Shown here: piece after piece, positions 51,488 through 64,000 of the stretch
Position numbering within the stretch: the stretch's first letter is position 1
Layout: every line of letters begins with the position of its first letter
From: Eledone cirrhosa
Taxonomy: Eukaryota
Direction: 5' to 3'
Assembly (NCBI GenBank): GCA_964016885.1
Contig: OZ024743.1
Coordinates: forward strand, 167,896,001 to 167,960,000
DNA: 64,000 nucleotides
Made by a program: the position numbers and the translations under genes
Notes under the pieces: generated by a model
Database searches by the model: none
Told to the model about the DNA's origin: nothing
The model's input: only the letters and a program-made list of their open reading frames with translations

Positions 51488-54400
51488 TCCTTGAATCTCA
51501 GTCATTGATGTTGGTTAACTGGAAAGTCCGTTGGATTGAATATCAAGCCACTACCTGCAGCCTCAGATATTCAGGACGTATCGGAGGGTTCTTGCTGTTC
51601 CAAGCAAGCATGCCTTTTGAAGCGTTCCAAAAAGCGTGAAGGGGCCGATTTTCTTTAACCATCCCTGGAAACTTTTGGAGATAGTCCCCAGTGCGCCTAT
51701 GACAATCGGGATCACTTTGACTTCATGGCAGTTCCAAATCCTTTTCACCTCCCACTTTAGGTCCTGGTATCGGTTAATTTTCTCCCTCTCCTTCTCTTGC
51801 ACTCTCGTGTCGAACGGGCAGGCCACATCCACAATCAGGCACGATCTTTTTTCTTTGTCCACAACCACCAGGTCAGGTCTATTGTGTTCCAGTTTTTTGT
51901 CCGTCTGTATCCTAAAATCCCACAGCACCTTCACCTGATTGTTCTCCATCACCGCCTCTGGCCTATGCTCATACCATTTCTCAGAATGTGGTAGATTGTT
52001 TACTTTGCACAGGTGCCAGTGGATCACCCTGCCCATCACATCGTGTCTCCAGCCCTTATAGCGGGTCTGGGCTAGGTGTTTACACTCGGACACAATGTGA
52101 GCCACAGTCTCCTCTCTCTCTCCACAGATCCTGCACAGTGGGCTAGCCTCCTCCTTGTAGATATGGTGCTTCAACCACTTCGTTTTGAGGGCCTGCTCCT
52201 GCGCAGCCATTAGCATTCCTTCTGTAGCCTTTTTGAGGTCTCCTCTTCTCAACCAGTTCCATGTCTGTGGATCTCTAAATTCAGTTTTCTCAAAGAAGGT
52301 ACTATGAAGGGATTTTCCCTTAAGGCTGCTCTTCCTCCTTGATGTTATTTCCTCCTTGGACATCCCCTGGCCTACTGTCCCCTCCTTCAGTACAGTTCTG
52401 AGCATTGGCTCCTTACTATAGGTCACGTATTTGTATAGGTTGTTTTTCTCCATCTGAACACAGTCCTCTATGCTGATAAGACCTCTTCCACCCTCAGATC
52501 TCCTTAGGTAGAGTCTATCGACATCACTCCTCTTGTGGAACATGTTGTAGATAGTCAATAGCTTCCTAGTCTTCCTATCCATTTCTTTTTGTTCAGCAAC
52601 ATTCCATCTCAGAATTCCCGCACTGTACCTAATAATAGACACAGCTCGGGAATTTACTGCGCTTATGGCATTTCTGCTGTTCAGATGTGACTTCAATACG
52701 CTCCTTACTCTCCGAATGTATTCAGTTCTTAACAATTCCTTCATTTTTTTGTTCTTTATGCCATCAGCCTCCAGAACGCCCAAATACTTGTATCCTTCCC
52801 CAGAGTCAATTTCCTTTATCATCTCACCTGTTGGTATCTGGATCCCGTTACTTCTGCTCAACCTACCCCTCTTCATCACAATGACTCCACATTTACCAAT
52901 ACCAAACTGCATACATATATCACTGCTGAAAATACGGACAGTGTCAACAAGCACATCCAACTCCTTCTCACTTTTCCCGAAGAGCTTAAGATCGTCCATG
53001 AAGAGGAGGTGATTGATGGTAAGCTCTCCCCTTCCCAACTTGTATCCTGCTCTCACTTTTCGCAGCATAATGGTCAAGGGCATCAGGGCAAGGACAAACA
53101 ACAGAGGGGACAGGCTATCTCCCTGGAAGATACCTCTCTTGATCTTCACGCTTCCCAAGGATACTCCAGTTGATGTCAGCTCTGTCTCCCAGGACCCCAT
53201 ACTCCTGCATAGCAACTGTCTGATGTTATCTGCCACCCTGAAGATCTCCAGGCTTTTGGTGATCCAGGAATGAGGCACCATGTCAAATGCCTTTCTGTAG
53301 TCTATCCATCCCATGGCAAGATCAGTGTGTCTCCTCCTGCAATTCCCCATTACCATCTTATCAATAAGCAACTGGTCCTTTGTACCACGTGACTTCTTTC
53401 GGCATCCTTTCTGTTCGTCCGGTAACAAGTTGTTTGTGTGGAGGTGATGGTAGATTTCCTCAGACACAATGCTCGTCAACAGTTTCCACATTACGGGCAG
53501 ACATTATCAGAACTGTGGTACCTTTTGTCAACCACTCTGGCACCTCACCCGACACCAAGCAGTCATTGAACATGGTTGTCAGCTTCGGGTGGAGGGATGT
53601 TAAATGTTTAATCCAATACCCCTGCACACCATCTGGGCCTGGTGATTTCCAGTTGGTTAGTTTTTTGGCTTGCCCCTTAAGAGTTTCAACTGTGATACTC
53701 AAATCAGTCTGTTGTTGTGCCTGCTCACCGATCTCCCTCTGTACTGTCTCAATCCACCCTGCCTAGGCATTGTGTCTAACATCCTGCTCCCATATTCCTC
53801 TCCAGAATGTTTTAGTTTGTTCCGCCCCAGGGATCAAGTCGTTGCCTCTTTCTTTCCCCTCAAGCTGTCCAAACAGCATCTTCTGGTTGTTGTCGAACAT
53901 GCGGTTCTGTTTATACTGACTGACTCTGTTCTCGTATCGCCTGATTTTTGCACTCTTTGCTACAATGCGTTGCTTCAATTCCTCTATGATAATATTTAGC
54001 TTTTTACTCCTAGTTTTGTATTTTATTTCCAGTCTATTTTTAGTGCCTATGTTTTTTAGTGTCCCATTCAGTAGTGACTCAAGTTTTCCTATGTCATTTC
54101 TCATTTCCCCGATTTGCCCACTCAGTCGCTTCTTCCACCACGGCTCTGCTCTTTCTTGTCTGTTGTTTCCTCTCGCTTTTATACCAAGTAGTTTCCTCAC
54201 CGTATTTGCTGTTGCTTTGAGGATATTGTTGCACTGGTGAAGGCTCCTCGCCTCAAGGTATGGGATGACTTTGTTTACCTTAGCTGTTGTTTCTTTTAAC
54301 TTTTTCCTGTCTACAAATCTTAGGTTCATAGGTCTCCCACTATCATTGTTCAATTCATCTACCACTAAATTTAGGATGTCAACCGAATCTTGTCCTAGCC

Positions 54401-55984
54401 CGTCAGCATTCACCTCCTCAGTGGCCGTATCTCTGTTCCAGGTATTATTTATCTCAGTATTCAGATCATTGTCTGCTTCGGGTGGTTCCTCCGTTCTTAG
54501 GACTTCCTCACCTTCATTTCCCACCGGCTCGCTTGTCTGGCATACTACACCCGCCATCTCCAAGCCATTCTCTCTGCTCAGTTCCTCCAGTTCCAGCTCG
54601 CTTATCCACCCATTAGTTCTTATTACCCGAGCCTGCCCGGCCAATTTTTGTTCATTTAATTTAAATAAACCAATCTCGTTCCAGATGTTATGCATCCGTC
54701 TCCTGTAGCCCCTCTCCTTGGGGTTACTTTTCAGGTAGCATTGCATAACAGTTCTATTCAATTCTTTCGTCCAGTTGGTTCTGGTCCCTTTCCTTCTTCT
54801 TCTTCCTCCAACATCAGCAGTATTTGGTTGACAGTCAGGTTCCTGCTGCTGAGCCAGGGGGCACCTGTTGGGTGAGAGTCTGTCACATGACGTTCTAGTC
54901 TCCATTTCACCGTTATTCGAACTGTTTATGTTCGATATTTAAACACTCTTATCGAGGATTGGCGAATGTATAGTTACATAGCCATCTGTGGATCCGCCAT
55001 CCCACTTGGCCCTTGTGTGGCATTATCACCACGCTGTATACGAACACACATAAACAAACAAACACACAGGCAGAAAGGGCCCCAAAAATGAATAAGCATA
55101 AGTTTCATTGTAATGTAGTGTTTGAATGTCTGACTTAGTTTTTGTTTTTTAAGTTTTACTTTTTCCCCCCTCTTCTCTGTCCGTCCGCCTGCTTCTCTCT
55201 TCATTCTTATTTTCTTTACGTTTTTGGGGTTTCTTTTTTTATTTTTGTTTTTCTCTGTTTGTTTTTCTCGTTTTTGCTGTTGTTGCTGTGCTGCTTTGGT
55301 TTTGTTGTTTGTTTTTTCTTTTTTCTTTTGAGTCTATCTATATATTTTGATGCCTTCCTCTTTGTTAGTAGTAGGAATTCTATAATGTGGAAGTAGCAGC
55401 CAGCAGGGGGAAGTGGGAGACTGGCGGCGGTAGCGATACTGAGACAGTGGTGGTGGTGATGTCGATACCGAGGCAGTGGTGGCGGTGATGTGACCGTATT
55501 ACTGTAGTGATGGTGCTGTAGCGGTGGCAGTAGTGAAGGAGTCAAGGGGTGGTGGCGGCGGTGATGGGATAGTGGTGGTAATGATGGCCGTAGTGAGCGG
55601 TGGCGGTGAAGGTGAAAATGTCGTTATCTGGCTGTTGTGTTTAGTGTACACAGATGATGGGGTGGGTGGTGTATCTAGTTTCTGGTGTTGGTGAGTTTAG
55701 CTGTCCTATATAGTGTAGCCAGAGGAGAGGAAGGGGGGGGGGGGGTTCTTCTTCTTCCATTTATAGCCATTTTCTTTTTTGGATATACAGTGTACAATAC
55801 AAAGTTGAATATTTGAATATTTGAGCCTTATAACAATATATTTTGGGTCCGAATTTTTTGGGGCTCAAGCCGGGTGCTTTACGTAGCATTTGTACTAAGA
55901 GTTGTTATTTCACAAATGATTTAAATATGTTAAAAATTCAAAACTTACGGGAGCGATTTCATGACCTCCGTCACCTCGTGCGTC
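51488..55984 (-). mobile_element. Dong family 1, full-length young copy (one stop at 53763, small deletion near 53500)
   Basis: ORFs 53763-54905, 53460-53702 and 51563-53491 (642 aa: RT, CCHC, RLE). Leader 54906-55984 is homologous to 5973-7194. Confidence 0.93.
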
Positions 55985-56032
55985 TTCTTCCCTTATTCTT
56001 CTTCTTCTTATTATTATTATTGTTATTGTTAT

Positions 56033-57468
56033 TCCTTGAATCTCAGTCATTGATGTTGGTTAACTGGAAAGTCCGTTGGATTGAATATCAAGCCACTACC
56101 TGCAGCTTCAGATATTCAGGACGTATCGGAGGGTTCTTGCCGTTCCAAGCAAGCATGCCTTTTGAAGCGTTCCAAAAAGCGTGAAGGGGCCGATTTTCTT
56201 TAACCATCCCTGGAAACCTTTGGAGATAGTCCCCAGTGCGCCTATGACAATCGGGATCACTTTGACTTCATGGCAGTTCCAAATCCTTTTCACCTCCCAC
56301 TTTAGGTCCTGGTATCGGTTAATTTTCTCCCTCTCCTTCTCTTGCACTCTCGTGTCGAACGGGCAGGCCACATCCACAATCAGGCACGATCTTTTTTCTT
56401 TGTCCACAACCACCAGGTCAGGTCTATTGTGTTCCAGTTTTTTGTCCGTCTGTATCCTAAAATCCCACAGCACCTTCACCTGACTGTTCTCCATCACCGC
56501 CTCTGGCCTATGCTCATACCATTTCTCAGAATGTGGTAGATTGTTTACTTTGCACAGGTGCCAGTGGATCACCCTGCCCATCACATCGTGTCTCCAGCCC
56601 TTATAGTGGGTCTGGGCTAGGTGTTTACACTCGGACACAATGTGAGCCACAGTCTCCTCTCTCTCTCCACAGATCCTGCACAGTGGGCTAGCCTCCTCCT
56701 TGTAGATATGGTGCTTCAACCACTTCGTTTTGAGGGCCTGCTCCTGCGCAGCCATTAGCATTCCTTCTGTAGCCTTTTTGAGGTCTCCTCTTCTCAACCA
56801 GTTCCATGTCTGTGGATCTCTAAATTCAGTTTTCTCAAAGAAGGTACTATGAAGGGATTTTCCCTTAAGGCTGCTCTTCCTCCTTGATGTTATTTCCTCC
56901 TTGGATATCCCCTGGCCTACTGTCCCCTCCTTCAGTACAGCTCTGAGCATTGGCTCCTTACTATAGGTCACGTATTTGTATAGGTTGTTTTTCTCCATCT
57001 GAACACAGTCCTCTATGCTGATAAGACCTCTTCCACCCTCAGATCTCCTTAGGTAGAGTCTATCGACATCACTCCTCTTGTGGAACATGTTGTAGATAGT
57101 CAATAGCTTCCTAGTCTACCTATCCATTTCTTTTTGTTCAGCAACATTCCATCTCAGAATTCCCGCACTGTACCTAATAATAGACACAGCTCGGGAATTT
57201 ACTGCGCTTATGGCATTTCTGCTGTTCAGATGTGACTTCAATACGCTCCTTACTCTCCGAATGTATTCAGTTCTTAACAATTCCTTCATTTTTTTGTTCT
57301 TTATGCCATCAGCCTCCAGAACGCCCAAATACTTGTATCCTTCCTCAGAGTCAATTTCCTTTATCATCTCACCTGTTGGTATCTGGATCCCGTTACTTCT
57401 GCTCAACCTACCCCTCCTCATCACAATGACTCCACATTTACCAATACCAAACTGCATACATATATCAC
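56033..57468 (-). mobile_element. Dong family 1, young 5'-truncated copy
   Basis: ORFs 56108-57103 and 57116-57457; flanked by (TAA)n. Confidence 0.92.
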
Positions 57469-57544
<76 letters not shown>

Positions 57545-57545
<1 letters not shown>

Positions 57546-60197
57546 TTTGAGTCTCAGTCATTGATGTTATTTAACTGGAAAGTTTGTTGAAATGAATATC
57601 AAGCCGCTACCTGCAGCCTCAGCTATTCAGGACGTATCGGAGGGTTCTTGCTGTTCCCAGCAAGCATGCCTTTTGAAGTGTTCCAAAAAGCGGGGCTGGA
57701 CTAATTTTCTTTAATCATCCTAGGAAACTCTTTGAGATAGTACCTAGTGGGCCTATGACAATCGGGACGACTCTGACTTCATGGCAGTTCCAAATCCTTT
57801 TTACCTCCCACTTTAAGTCCTGGTATCGGTTAATTTTCTCCCTCTCCTTTTCTTGCACTCTCGTGTCAAATGGGCAAGCTACATCAGGCACGATCTTTTT
57901 TCCTTGTTCCAGTTTCTTGTCCGTCTGTATCCTAAAATCCCATAGCACCTTCACTTTATCGTTTTCTATCACCGACTCTGGCTTATGCTCATACCACTTC
58001 TCAGAATGTCTCCAGCCTTTATAGTGAGTCTGGGCTAGGTGTTTACACTCGGATACAATGTGAGCCACAGTCTCCTCTCTCTCTCTCCACAGATCTTACA
58101 CAGTGGGCTACTCCTCCTTGTAAATATGGTGTTTCACCCACTTCGTTCTGAGGGTCTGCTCTTACGCAGCCATTAGCATTCCTTCTGTAGCCTTTTTAAG
58201 GTCTCCTCTTTTTAACCAGTTCCATGTCTGTGGATCTCTAAATTCCGTTTTCTTAAAGAAGGTACCATGAAGGGATTTTTCATGAAGGTTGCTCTTCCTC
58301 CTTGTTGTTATTTCCTCCTTGGACATCCCCTGGTCTATTTTCCTCTCCTTCAGTACAATTCTGAGCATTGGCTCCGTACTGTCAGTCACGTATTTGTGCA
58401 GGTTGTTTTTCTCCATCTGAACACATTCCTCTATGCTGATAAGACATCTTCCACCTTCAGATCTCTTTAAGTAGAGTCTATCGACATCACTCCTCTTGTG
58501 GAAAATGTTGTAGATAGTCAATAGCTTCCTATTCTTCCTATCCATTTCTTTTTGTTTAGCAGCATTCCATTGCAGGATTCCCGCACTGTACCTAATAAGA
58601 AAAACAGCTCGGGAATTCACTGCACTTATGACATTCCTACTATTTAGAAGTGATTTTAATACGCTCCTAACTCTCCTAATGTACTCAGATCTTATCAATT
58701 CCTTCATTTTCTTGTTCTTGATGTCATCTGTCTCCAGCACACCTAAATAGTTGTATACTTCTTCAGTGTCAATTTCCTTTATCATCTCACCTTTTGGTAC
58801 CTGGATTCCGTTGCTTCTGCTCAATTTACCCCTCTTCATCACAAGGACTCCACGCTTAGTAATACCAAATTGCATACATATATCATTGCTGAAAATGCGG
58901 ACAGTGTCAACAAGTACACCCAACTCCTTCTCCCTCTTCCCAAAGAGTTTAGGATCGTCCATGAAGAGGAGGTGGTTGATGGTAAGCTCTCCTTTTCCCA
59001 ACTTGTATCATGCTCTCACTTTTCGCAGTATAATGGTCAGGGGTATCAGGGCAAAGACAAACAACAGAGGGGACAAACTATCTCTCTGGAAGATACCTCT
59101 CTTGAACTTCACGCCTCCCAAGGATTTTCCACCCGATGTTAACTATGTTTCCCAGGACTTCATACTTTTGCTCAACAACTGTCTGATGTTATCTGCCACC
59201 TTGAAGATCTCTAGGCTTTTGGTTATCCAACAATATGGTACCATGTCGAATGACTTTTTGTAATCTATCCATCCTATAGCAAGACAAGTGTGCCTCCTCT
59301 TGAAATTTCTCATTACCATCTTATCAATAAGTAACTGGTCTTTTGTACCATGGGACTTCTTTCGGCATCCTTTCTGTTCGTCCGGTAGCAAGTTGTTTAT
59401 ATACAGGTGATGGTAGATTTCCTCAGACACAATGCTTGTTAACAGTTTCCACATTACGGACACACATGTGATAGGTCTATAGTTGGTAACATCATTACCC
59501 TTGATTCGGTCTTTCATTACCAGAACAGTTGTACCTTTTGTCAACCACTCTGGTACCTCACCCGACATCAAGCAGTCATTGAACATGATTGTTAGTTTCG
59601 GGTGGAGGGATATTATGTTTTTGATCCAATACCCCTGCACACCATCTGGGCCTGGGGATTTCCAGTTGTTTAGTTTTTTGGCCTGCCCTTTAAGAGTTTC
59701 AACTGTGATACTCAAATCAGTTTGTTGGTGTGCTTGTTCACTAATCTCCTTTTGAACTGTCTCAATCCACACTGCCTGATCATTATGTTCTCCAGAATGT
59801 CTTAGTCTGTTCCGCCTCAGGGATCAAGTCGTTGCCTCTTTTTTTCCCTTCAAGCTGTCAAAACATCTTTTGGTTGTTGTCAAACATTCGGTTCTGTCTA
59901 CACTGACAAACTCTGCTCTCATACCGCCTAATCTGTGCACCTTTTGCAACAATGCGTTGCTCCAGTTCCTCTATGATAATATTTAGCTTTTTCCTCCTAG
60001 TTTTGTACTTTATTTCCAATCTATTTTTAGTGTCTATTTTTTGTAGTGTTCCATTCAGTAGGGACTCAAGCTTTCCAATGTCATTTCTCATTTCCTTAAT
60101 TTGATCATTCAGTCGTTTTTTCCACCAAGGTTCTAATATTTCTTGTTTGTTGTTTCCTCTCGTTTTTATGCCAAGTAATTTCCTCACCGCATTTGCT
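57545..60197 (-). mobile_element. Dong family 1 (older subfamily), 5'-truncated
   Basis: ORF pieces 57715-58068, 58162-59001, 59143-59772 and 59858-60197. Confidence 0.9.
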
Positions 60198-60770
60198 ATG
60201 AACATAGCACAAAATATAAATAGAATTAATAATAGAAACTTAAATTTAAACCCTAACCAAAATAACCAAAATATCAGTAATAATTCTAACAATATCCAAC
60301 CTAATAGTACCGTTCCGAGCAACAACAACTCCGCAAAATGTAACTGTAGAATTAAATCAAACTGTCCTTTACAAAATAAGTGTTTAGATAAAAACTTGGT
60401 CTATAAATGCACAATTAAAACTAGTGATAATATATTTAACTACGTCGGAGTAACTTCTACAGAATTTAAAATTCGCTGGAAAAATCACAATTTTTCTTTC
60501 CGAAGATTTGATAAAAAATCTTCAACTTCTCTTTCAAACCTGATATGGAACTTAAAATGCAAGAATATGGACTATTTATTAGCTTGGGAAATAGTTTCAA
60601 AAAGCACCCGCGTACCGAAACACAGCTTTATCTAGATTCTGCAAAATGTGTATTGAGGCAATTTTTTTATATACTTAACTATAAAAACTCAATTAATCTA
60701 AGAACGAATTTATTTAATTCTTGTAGACATCGCCAGAATTCAACATTCAGAACTACATATAACTTATAAT
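60198..60770 (+). mobile_element. Penelope-like element fragment (linker and GIY-YIG)
   Basis: KCNCRIKSNCPLQNKCLDKNLVYKC..YVGVTSTEFKIRWKNH..STSLS..WEIV..CRH; same subtype as 38130-41260. Confidence 0.85.
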
Positions 60771-61557
60771 TATACTTATAATATTCCTATTAATCTCCAT
60801 AACAATCTCATCTACTCGGTTTTAATATATTGATATCTCTAAATCATAATATCTCTAACATTTGCTGTACTTACACTTTTATTTCTTTAAAAATTACTTA
60901 TTTCTTAAAAAATTATTTTAAAGATTTAAAAAAAGTTTTCTCAAAAATGTTTTCAAAATTTTTCTCAAGATTTTTTAAAATTAAAAAAAAAAATATTTTC
61001 AATATTTTTTTAAATATTTTTTTTGCAATAGTTTTTCAATATATTCTTTCAATATTTTTTTCAATAATTTTTCAATATTTTTTCAATAGATTAATAACCA
61101 CTAACTGATTCTGGCTAAATGTATCTTAAACATCCTTACTTATTTTGACTAAATAGTCTCCCACTAACAAATAAATAAATAAAACCGGAGTTTTTTCCTT
61201 ATCTTCCCTTTTCAATCATATAAATATAAATATTTTTACTTAACTCAGTTAATTTAATTTAATTTTAAATCATTCTCAATTTTAAATACATATTTATTTA
61301 CATAAAATACAAATCCCTCATAACTCATTAGAACAAGTATCTATAACATGATATACCCATCTATTTATTTATTTATTTATTTATCTACTTATAAACGAAT
61401 GAAAAATATATTATAAACAAATTTTATACAACTAATAATCGTAAAATATCTTTTTAATATAAATATACATGTTATTAAAATATATATTTACACATATACA
61501 TAGATAATTGTCCGAATATATTTCCCTCAAATTAACGTTATATGAGTTTTTTTATTC

Positions 61558-61690
<133 letters not shown>

Positions 61691-61696
61691 CACACA

Positions 61697-62430
61697 AGTT
61701 AAATTTTAATTAGTTACTTATCTAGCTGTGTGTGCTTACACACTTTACAAATTATCCCCTGTTATTGTTTCATGTGTTTAAATTAGATATATATATGTCA
61801 ATCAATTTCTAGTTGATATAAAATCCTCGGATCTATTCCTTGGAATCTTTGAGCATATTCTACAGTGGATATAGTGCATGTCTTTCGGACATGACACCCT
61901 TAATTTAATTTTGGATATATATACGGCCCCTTAATAGTAGAGCTAACTCAGTTGGACTCGGCTGCTATTTCTCGGCTCCTATTCACGCCACCTGGATGAC
62001 GCTGGTACGATGTGTGTATTTTTAAACAATGCAACACGTGCGACGGGTCATTCGCAGATTTGCATTTGCTGTGTAAACACAGATAGTTAAATCTTCTCCC
62101 TTGTCGAAAATCCGTCGATTTGACTACTGTGGTTTACGGATTAATGGTAAAATATATTTCTTTCATGAAATATATACAAGGAAGATTAATCATTTTAAAT
62201 ATTTGAAGTTCTAGTTAAAATTTAATTAGTTACCTACCTAGCTGTGTGTGCTTACACATTTTACAAATTATCCCCTGTGATTGTTTCATGTGTTTATTTT
62301 AGATATATATATATATGGCAATCAATTTCTAGTTGATATAAAATGTTCGGATCTATTCATTGGAATCTTTGAGCATATTCTACAGTGGATATGGCGCATG
62401 TCTTTCGGACATGACACCCTTAATTTAATT

Positions 62431-62435
<5 letters not shown>
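61697..62435. repeat. Second locus of the unclassified ~520 bp repeat (unit plus partial tandem copy), ending at (TA)n
   Basis: 61697-61920 recurs at 62213-62435; homologous to 31169-31867. Confidence 0.8.
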
Positions 62436-62483
<48 letters not shown>

Positions 62484-62484
<1 letters not shown>

Positions 62485-63682
62485 AATGATATTAAATAAA
62501 TGGAAACTATATTTATAAAACCATATTTATTCTATTATATATATTTCAAGGGTTCCAAAAACGTTGGTATGCTTTCATCAAATAAAATACAAAGTGTGTT
62601 TTATAAATTTTTGACATAGCCAAGGAAACATACCTTATCAGTTGAATTTCCCTTGGATAGTGATTTTAAAGGCGGTTTTTTTAAACATTCACATTTCTTT
62701 CGATTAAATAATTAATTAATCTCACACTAATTCTTAAAAGATTTATCGATTAACAAACAAAATTGGAGTTATCTTTCCTTTCTCTATCTAACTCTGTTAA
62801 TTTAAAACATTCTCAAAGCCGAACAAGATATTCAAATATATATAAATTCATAATTTTAACTACCTATTTATTTACATAAAATACAAAATCAACTTACTCG
62901 TAACTCATTATTTACATAAAATACAAAATCAACATCCCACGTAACTCATATTATAAATAACCACCTAAAACATAAACTACCTATTTATTTATTTATTTAT
63001 CTACATAAAACACAAAATTAATATCCCTCGTAACTCATATTATAAACAACTAATAATAATACATATGCTATTATTAAAATATATATATATTGAGTTCAAA
63101 TCCCGTTGAGGTTAACTTTGCCCTTCATCCTTATGGGGTCGATAAAATAAAGTACCTCTAATGCACTGGTGAATTGCTGGCCTTGTGCCAAAAGTAGAAA
63201 CAATTATTAAGATATAGTTATTTATATATTTAACCCACTACAATATTATAAGATAAATACTTACAAACATAATTCTCCATATAAATATATACATAATATA
63301 GGTAAATATTCAATTTTTTCCCCTAACTTAACGTATATAAGTGGTGTTTTTCTTTTTCTTTTTCCTCTTTCTTTTTTTATTTTTTTCGCTCCTACTCATT
63401 TTTTATAAACTTTCAATAGCTTTTAAAATAACGGTTTTTTCAATCATATAACTCAACCTCATTTACATATTCATTTGCATACTCATCCTAAAATATTGAA
63501 AAATCCTTTCTTTAAATTCACTATCCAAGTGAAATTCAACTGATCAGGTATGTTTCCATGGCTATGTCAAAATTTATAAAACACATTTTGTATTTTATCT
63601 GATGAAAGCGTACCAAAGTTTTTGGTACCCTTGAAATATATATAATAGAATAAATATAGTTTCCATTTATTTAATATCATTG
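62484..63682. mobile_element. Non-autonomous TIR element with ~180 bp terminal inverted repeats
   Basis: 62484-62670 is the reverse complement of 63512-63682. The AT-rich interior partly resembles 61280-61550. Confidence 0.78.
63091..63202 (+). mobile_element. tRNA-derived SINE, 5'-truncated, nested in the TIR element
   Basis: B box GAGTTCAAATCCC, core, and tail GGCCTTGTGCCAAAAGTAGAAAC+ATTATT. Confidence 0.85.
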
Positions 63683-63757
63683 AAATTGTCGAGTGCTCTG
63701 AATCAGTTATAAACATTTATATTTGTTGAATTTCCAACAAATTAAATATACCTTCTA

Positions 63758-63812
<55 letters not shown>

Positions 63813-63926
63813 CGAAAGAAATGTGGTAAGGAACCAGGTGGACCATAACGCACCAAAGTACTCAATACTTGAGGTAGAATTAGCCGTCGAAACGGCTTGA
63901 GCTCAGCTGTCGGGGTCTTACTGGTT

Positions 63927-63979
<53 letters not shown>

Positions 63980-64000
63980 AAGAAATTAAAAGATGGTTAA

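Overview
Repeat-saturated animal genomic DNA with no recognisable host gene. The SINE and repeat types suggest a cephalopod such as Octopus, but that is inference. Bases ~1-34 kb and ~51-60 kb are nested arrays of non-LTR retrotransposons inserted into (ATT/TAA)n microsatellite. They include two APE-type Tx1 (L1-clade) families on +, two RLE-type R4/Dong families on -, and a tRNA-derived SINE on +. No copy has an intact ORF set. The rest holds Penelope-like element (PLE) fragments with type I hammerhead ribozymes, decayed RTE-like LINEs, fold-back/TIR elements and microsatellites. Four observations stand out. (1) A 646-647 bp tandem array in a (TA)n tract carries in each unit a complete hammerhead core in non-circularly permuted (pseudoknotted) strand order plus a kink-turn, so it is a candidate new retrozyme-like element. 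(2) A 3'-terminal stem-loop with a CUUGU loop and covarying stem is shared by the Tx1 families and the SINE. (3) The Dong family has a Tx1-style 5' leader and a candidate retained intron. (4) Dong and PLE fragments are repeatedly joined head-to-head. All alignments and folds were made by eye, and boundaries are approximate.
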